NCBI RefSeq assembly: GCF_000497125.1
Contig: NC_090604.1
Coordinates: 330,651 to 394,650, forward strand
DNA length: 64,000 nucleotides
Source: Spironucleus salmonicida
Taxonomy: Eukaryota
Direction of reading: 5' to 3'
Position 1 is the stretch's first letter; each line of letters begins with the position of its first letter. Under the pieces are notes generated by a model. The model worked only from the letters and a program-made list of their open reading frames with translations. It had not been told where the DNA came from and made no database searches. Of the stretch, positions 61,374-64,000 are shown piece after piece. The position numbers were made by a program, and so were the translations under genes.

Positions 61374-62428
61374 TTTTATATTCAACAATTAATTATTATA
61401 TAATTAATTAGTATTTATATTTGGAATTATTTTAAATGCAGATTTGTGATATGAAGAATTATAATTTAAATTTGATATAATTAATGATTCTAATAAATAT
61501 TTACCGTACATATAATAGTTGCTCATAGGAAGAATTTCGCTTACTTTATTCTTATGTTTAATAGGATATGTTAATGGAAATTAAATATTTTAAATACAAG
61601 TGATAATTTTTATAATAAAAAATCGTGTCAAAGATATTTAATTCCTAGTTTTTGAAACTTATTAACTACCATGAAAGTTTATATGAAAAAGTCTAATAAT
61701 TTAACAATACAAATTAGAGATTGCTATTAATTTAGAAACAAGTACTACATGTTTATAAACACACATATATTTGATATACGGTGTTATTTTTGTCACATAT
61801 ATAAAATTTATTAATGGAATATAATAAGTTAGTCATATTGCTAGATAAATTTATTAAGTAGAAGGAATAACATATCATCAGAATAAAAATATGTCATTTA
61901 ACTTTATATTGTTATTTATGAATTTATCTTATACCAGTCACGGCTATTTTTACCAATAGTATCATTTTAGGTAGTGTGGGCTTCTGTATTCCTTGATTTA
62001 AGAAATCATTGGATAATTGTAGCATATTAGTTTGTAGAAATTATGATAGCAAGTCGCATAGATTTATGTTATATATTATATATCTCATGATTTTTCAGAT
62101 ACTGTTAGTACATTTTGAAAACAAATTGTATTTAGGATAATTTAGATTTTTGTGGCATAATATTATTAAATTATTCACATGACAATTCACAGTAAAATAA
62201 CCAAAGTTTGAATTTATATGTTAAAATTAGTTAAAAAGTAATTAATTTTATGATATTAATCATAATACTAAATTGAATCTTATCTCTAAGCATAAAATTT
62301 AAATATACGATTGAATTTTTAATTTTTATAAGAATCAAGTATTTATAATGATATCAAATAATACATTTTCGTACATACAAATTTTAAGTATATAAGAAAA
62401 TTACCATAAAATAGTCTAATCAAAACTC

Positions 62429-62689
62429 TCATTAACCTTTGTCAATACATCCAAATAGATCGTTAACATCTTTCATCATCTCTTTCTTTTTTAATTCCTC
62501 TTTTTCTTACTCAGCTTTTGGGTCAAATTTCTTATGCATATCATGTTTGTACCATTTGTTTCTTAGAGCTTCCTCAGGGATATGTTTAAGTACCTTTTTA
62601 TGAATTTTTTGCCAGTCCCCTTCATATGCCGCGAATGCTTTTTTTAGTTGGTCAAACTCTTCAGATGTCCAATTATGTTTTCTTTTCAT
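62429..62689 (-). CDS. Single-repeat Myb/SANT protein, 86 aa
   Basis: HNWTSEEFDQL...GDWQKI...LRNKWY. Confidence 0.85.
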
Positions 62690-63027
62690 TTTAAAATGGA
62701 AGTTTTCGGAGAAAATTAGTATATACTACTAAAATTTATATAGACTAAAAAAATCTGACGAGTATTTACTTTATATTTATATTCATTATTTTGTATATTA
62801 TTGTAAGGTTTCGAAATAGGTTCAATGAATTAAAAAAATATTACGTTAATTTGATCAAAATTAGTATAAATATGATATTATTAAAATTTAGTTTACATAC
62901 TACAGTAACAATTTTATTGATATAATAATTTATAAAGATCTCTAATATTTTTAATAAATCGTAAAATTATAAATACAGGATAATAATATATTCTTAAACA
63001 TCGATTATATTAAAAATCAAATAATTA

Positions 63028-63552
63028 ATGCCTAATATGAATAAAATTTGGATGATCTGCAATATGATTATGGCATTATTTTTACTAGTATCTTCTTTAA
63101 TATCATTTTCGAATTATGCACCTACTGTTTTTAAAGCATTATTTTTTATAGCACTAGAAATCATTATTATACTGATTCCATTCATCCGCATTTTTGATCC
63201 ATATTTTTAGTTTTTAACGTTTTAGGTAACATCTCCAATATTAATATGCATTATTGCATGCTTTTATATAGATTCCTTAAGTCAGTTTTGTGGAAATGGA
63301 TGGTAAACATGCTATGGAAGTATAACTGGATATGCAATAATAATTATTTGCATAGTTGAAATAATAATGAGAAGGGATGAAGTTAATGATGTCCTTAATT
63401 AAACTGGTATGAGAACATCAAAGTCTGAACCACAAGTTTAAACAATAGACCCTGAAGTTGGTGGATTAGAACTTTCTTAATAGTAGGAATAAGAATCAGT
63501 GGAAGAAGTATAGGAGTAGAAAATAGAGCCAGGTCAGTTTGTGGAATTCTGA
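63028..63552 (+). CDS. Multi-pass membrane protein, third paralogue of 9582-10094, 174 aa
   Basis: PYFQFL...PILICIIACFY...FCGNGWQTCYG. Confidence 0.78.
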
Positions 63553-63650
63553 TCATAATTAGTAATGATATTATTACGTATTAAAAAACATTTTTAAGTC
63601 ATATAATTATTTATAGAATAAAATATTAAGGTATAGTACGGAAATTTAAA

Positions 63651-64000
63651 ATGTCGACAGAGATTTAACCTATCGAGGATGACTGCAATCAGGTAATATA
63701 AAATAATGGAGCGACAGTAGAATTTACTCCATAAAGTTAAGCAGATGAATAAAATATTATAGAAGCTGAAGAGTAATAGGAAAATTAAATAGAAGAAATT
63801 CCAAATTAGCATATTAATAGCTTAGTAACTCCAATAGAAATAATTACGGACTAGTTATAAAATTAGCAAACGTCTTCTTTAGAAAGAGTGCAAAACGTTT
63901 TCGAAGGTGCAGAAGATGATATCGGTCTTAACAACACGAAACCGATTGCCCCAGAGCAGGAATCTTCCGACTCGTCACAGAGACCAAATACACATCGCAA
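63651..64000 (+). CDS. Acidic/Gln-rich hypothetical protein, 5' part (runs off the window)
   Basis: TTTAAAATG start, no TGA to the window end. Confidence 0.55.

Overview
Eukaryotic, AT-rich, apparently intron-less DNA from a hexamitid diplomonad, most likely Spironucleus salmonicida or a close relative (inferred from the genetic code and gene families). TAA/TAG encode Gln and TGA is the only stop, so the supplied ORF track is artificially fragmented; every CDS below was re-read in that code. A housekeeping island (~8.1-24.4 kb: ENTH/epsin, RPL37, FHA protein, CCT4, RPL13, small membrane proteins, six tRNAs) is bracketed by a ~6.5-kb inverted duplication. That duplication carries a SelW/Rdx-type selenoprotein (CxxU) with a complete GUGA-type SECIS hairpin. 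There are 13 cysteine-rich membrane protein (CRMP/VSP-like) genes, including a 2,600-bp tandem array, mosaic copies that swap flanks in the TM-coding segment, two copies sharing an in-frame TGA, and decayed CRMP relics in the spacers. The right end holds tRNAs, a Use1-like SNARE, Myb proteins and two more 4-TM paralogues. The strongest novelty candidates are (1) a 69-nt tRNA-Ala-like gene (G3:U70, A73, intact D/T arms) lacking a canonical anticodon loop, and (2) the UGA Sec/stop arrangement in a one-stop-codon genome.
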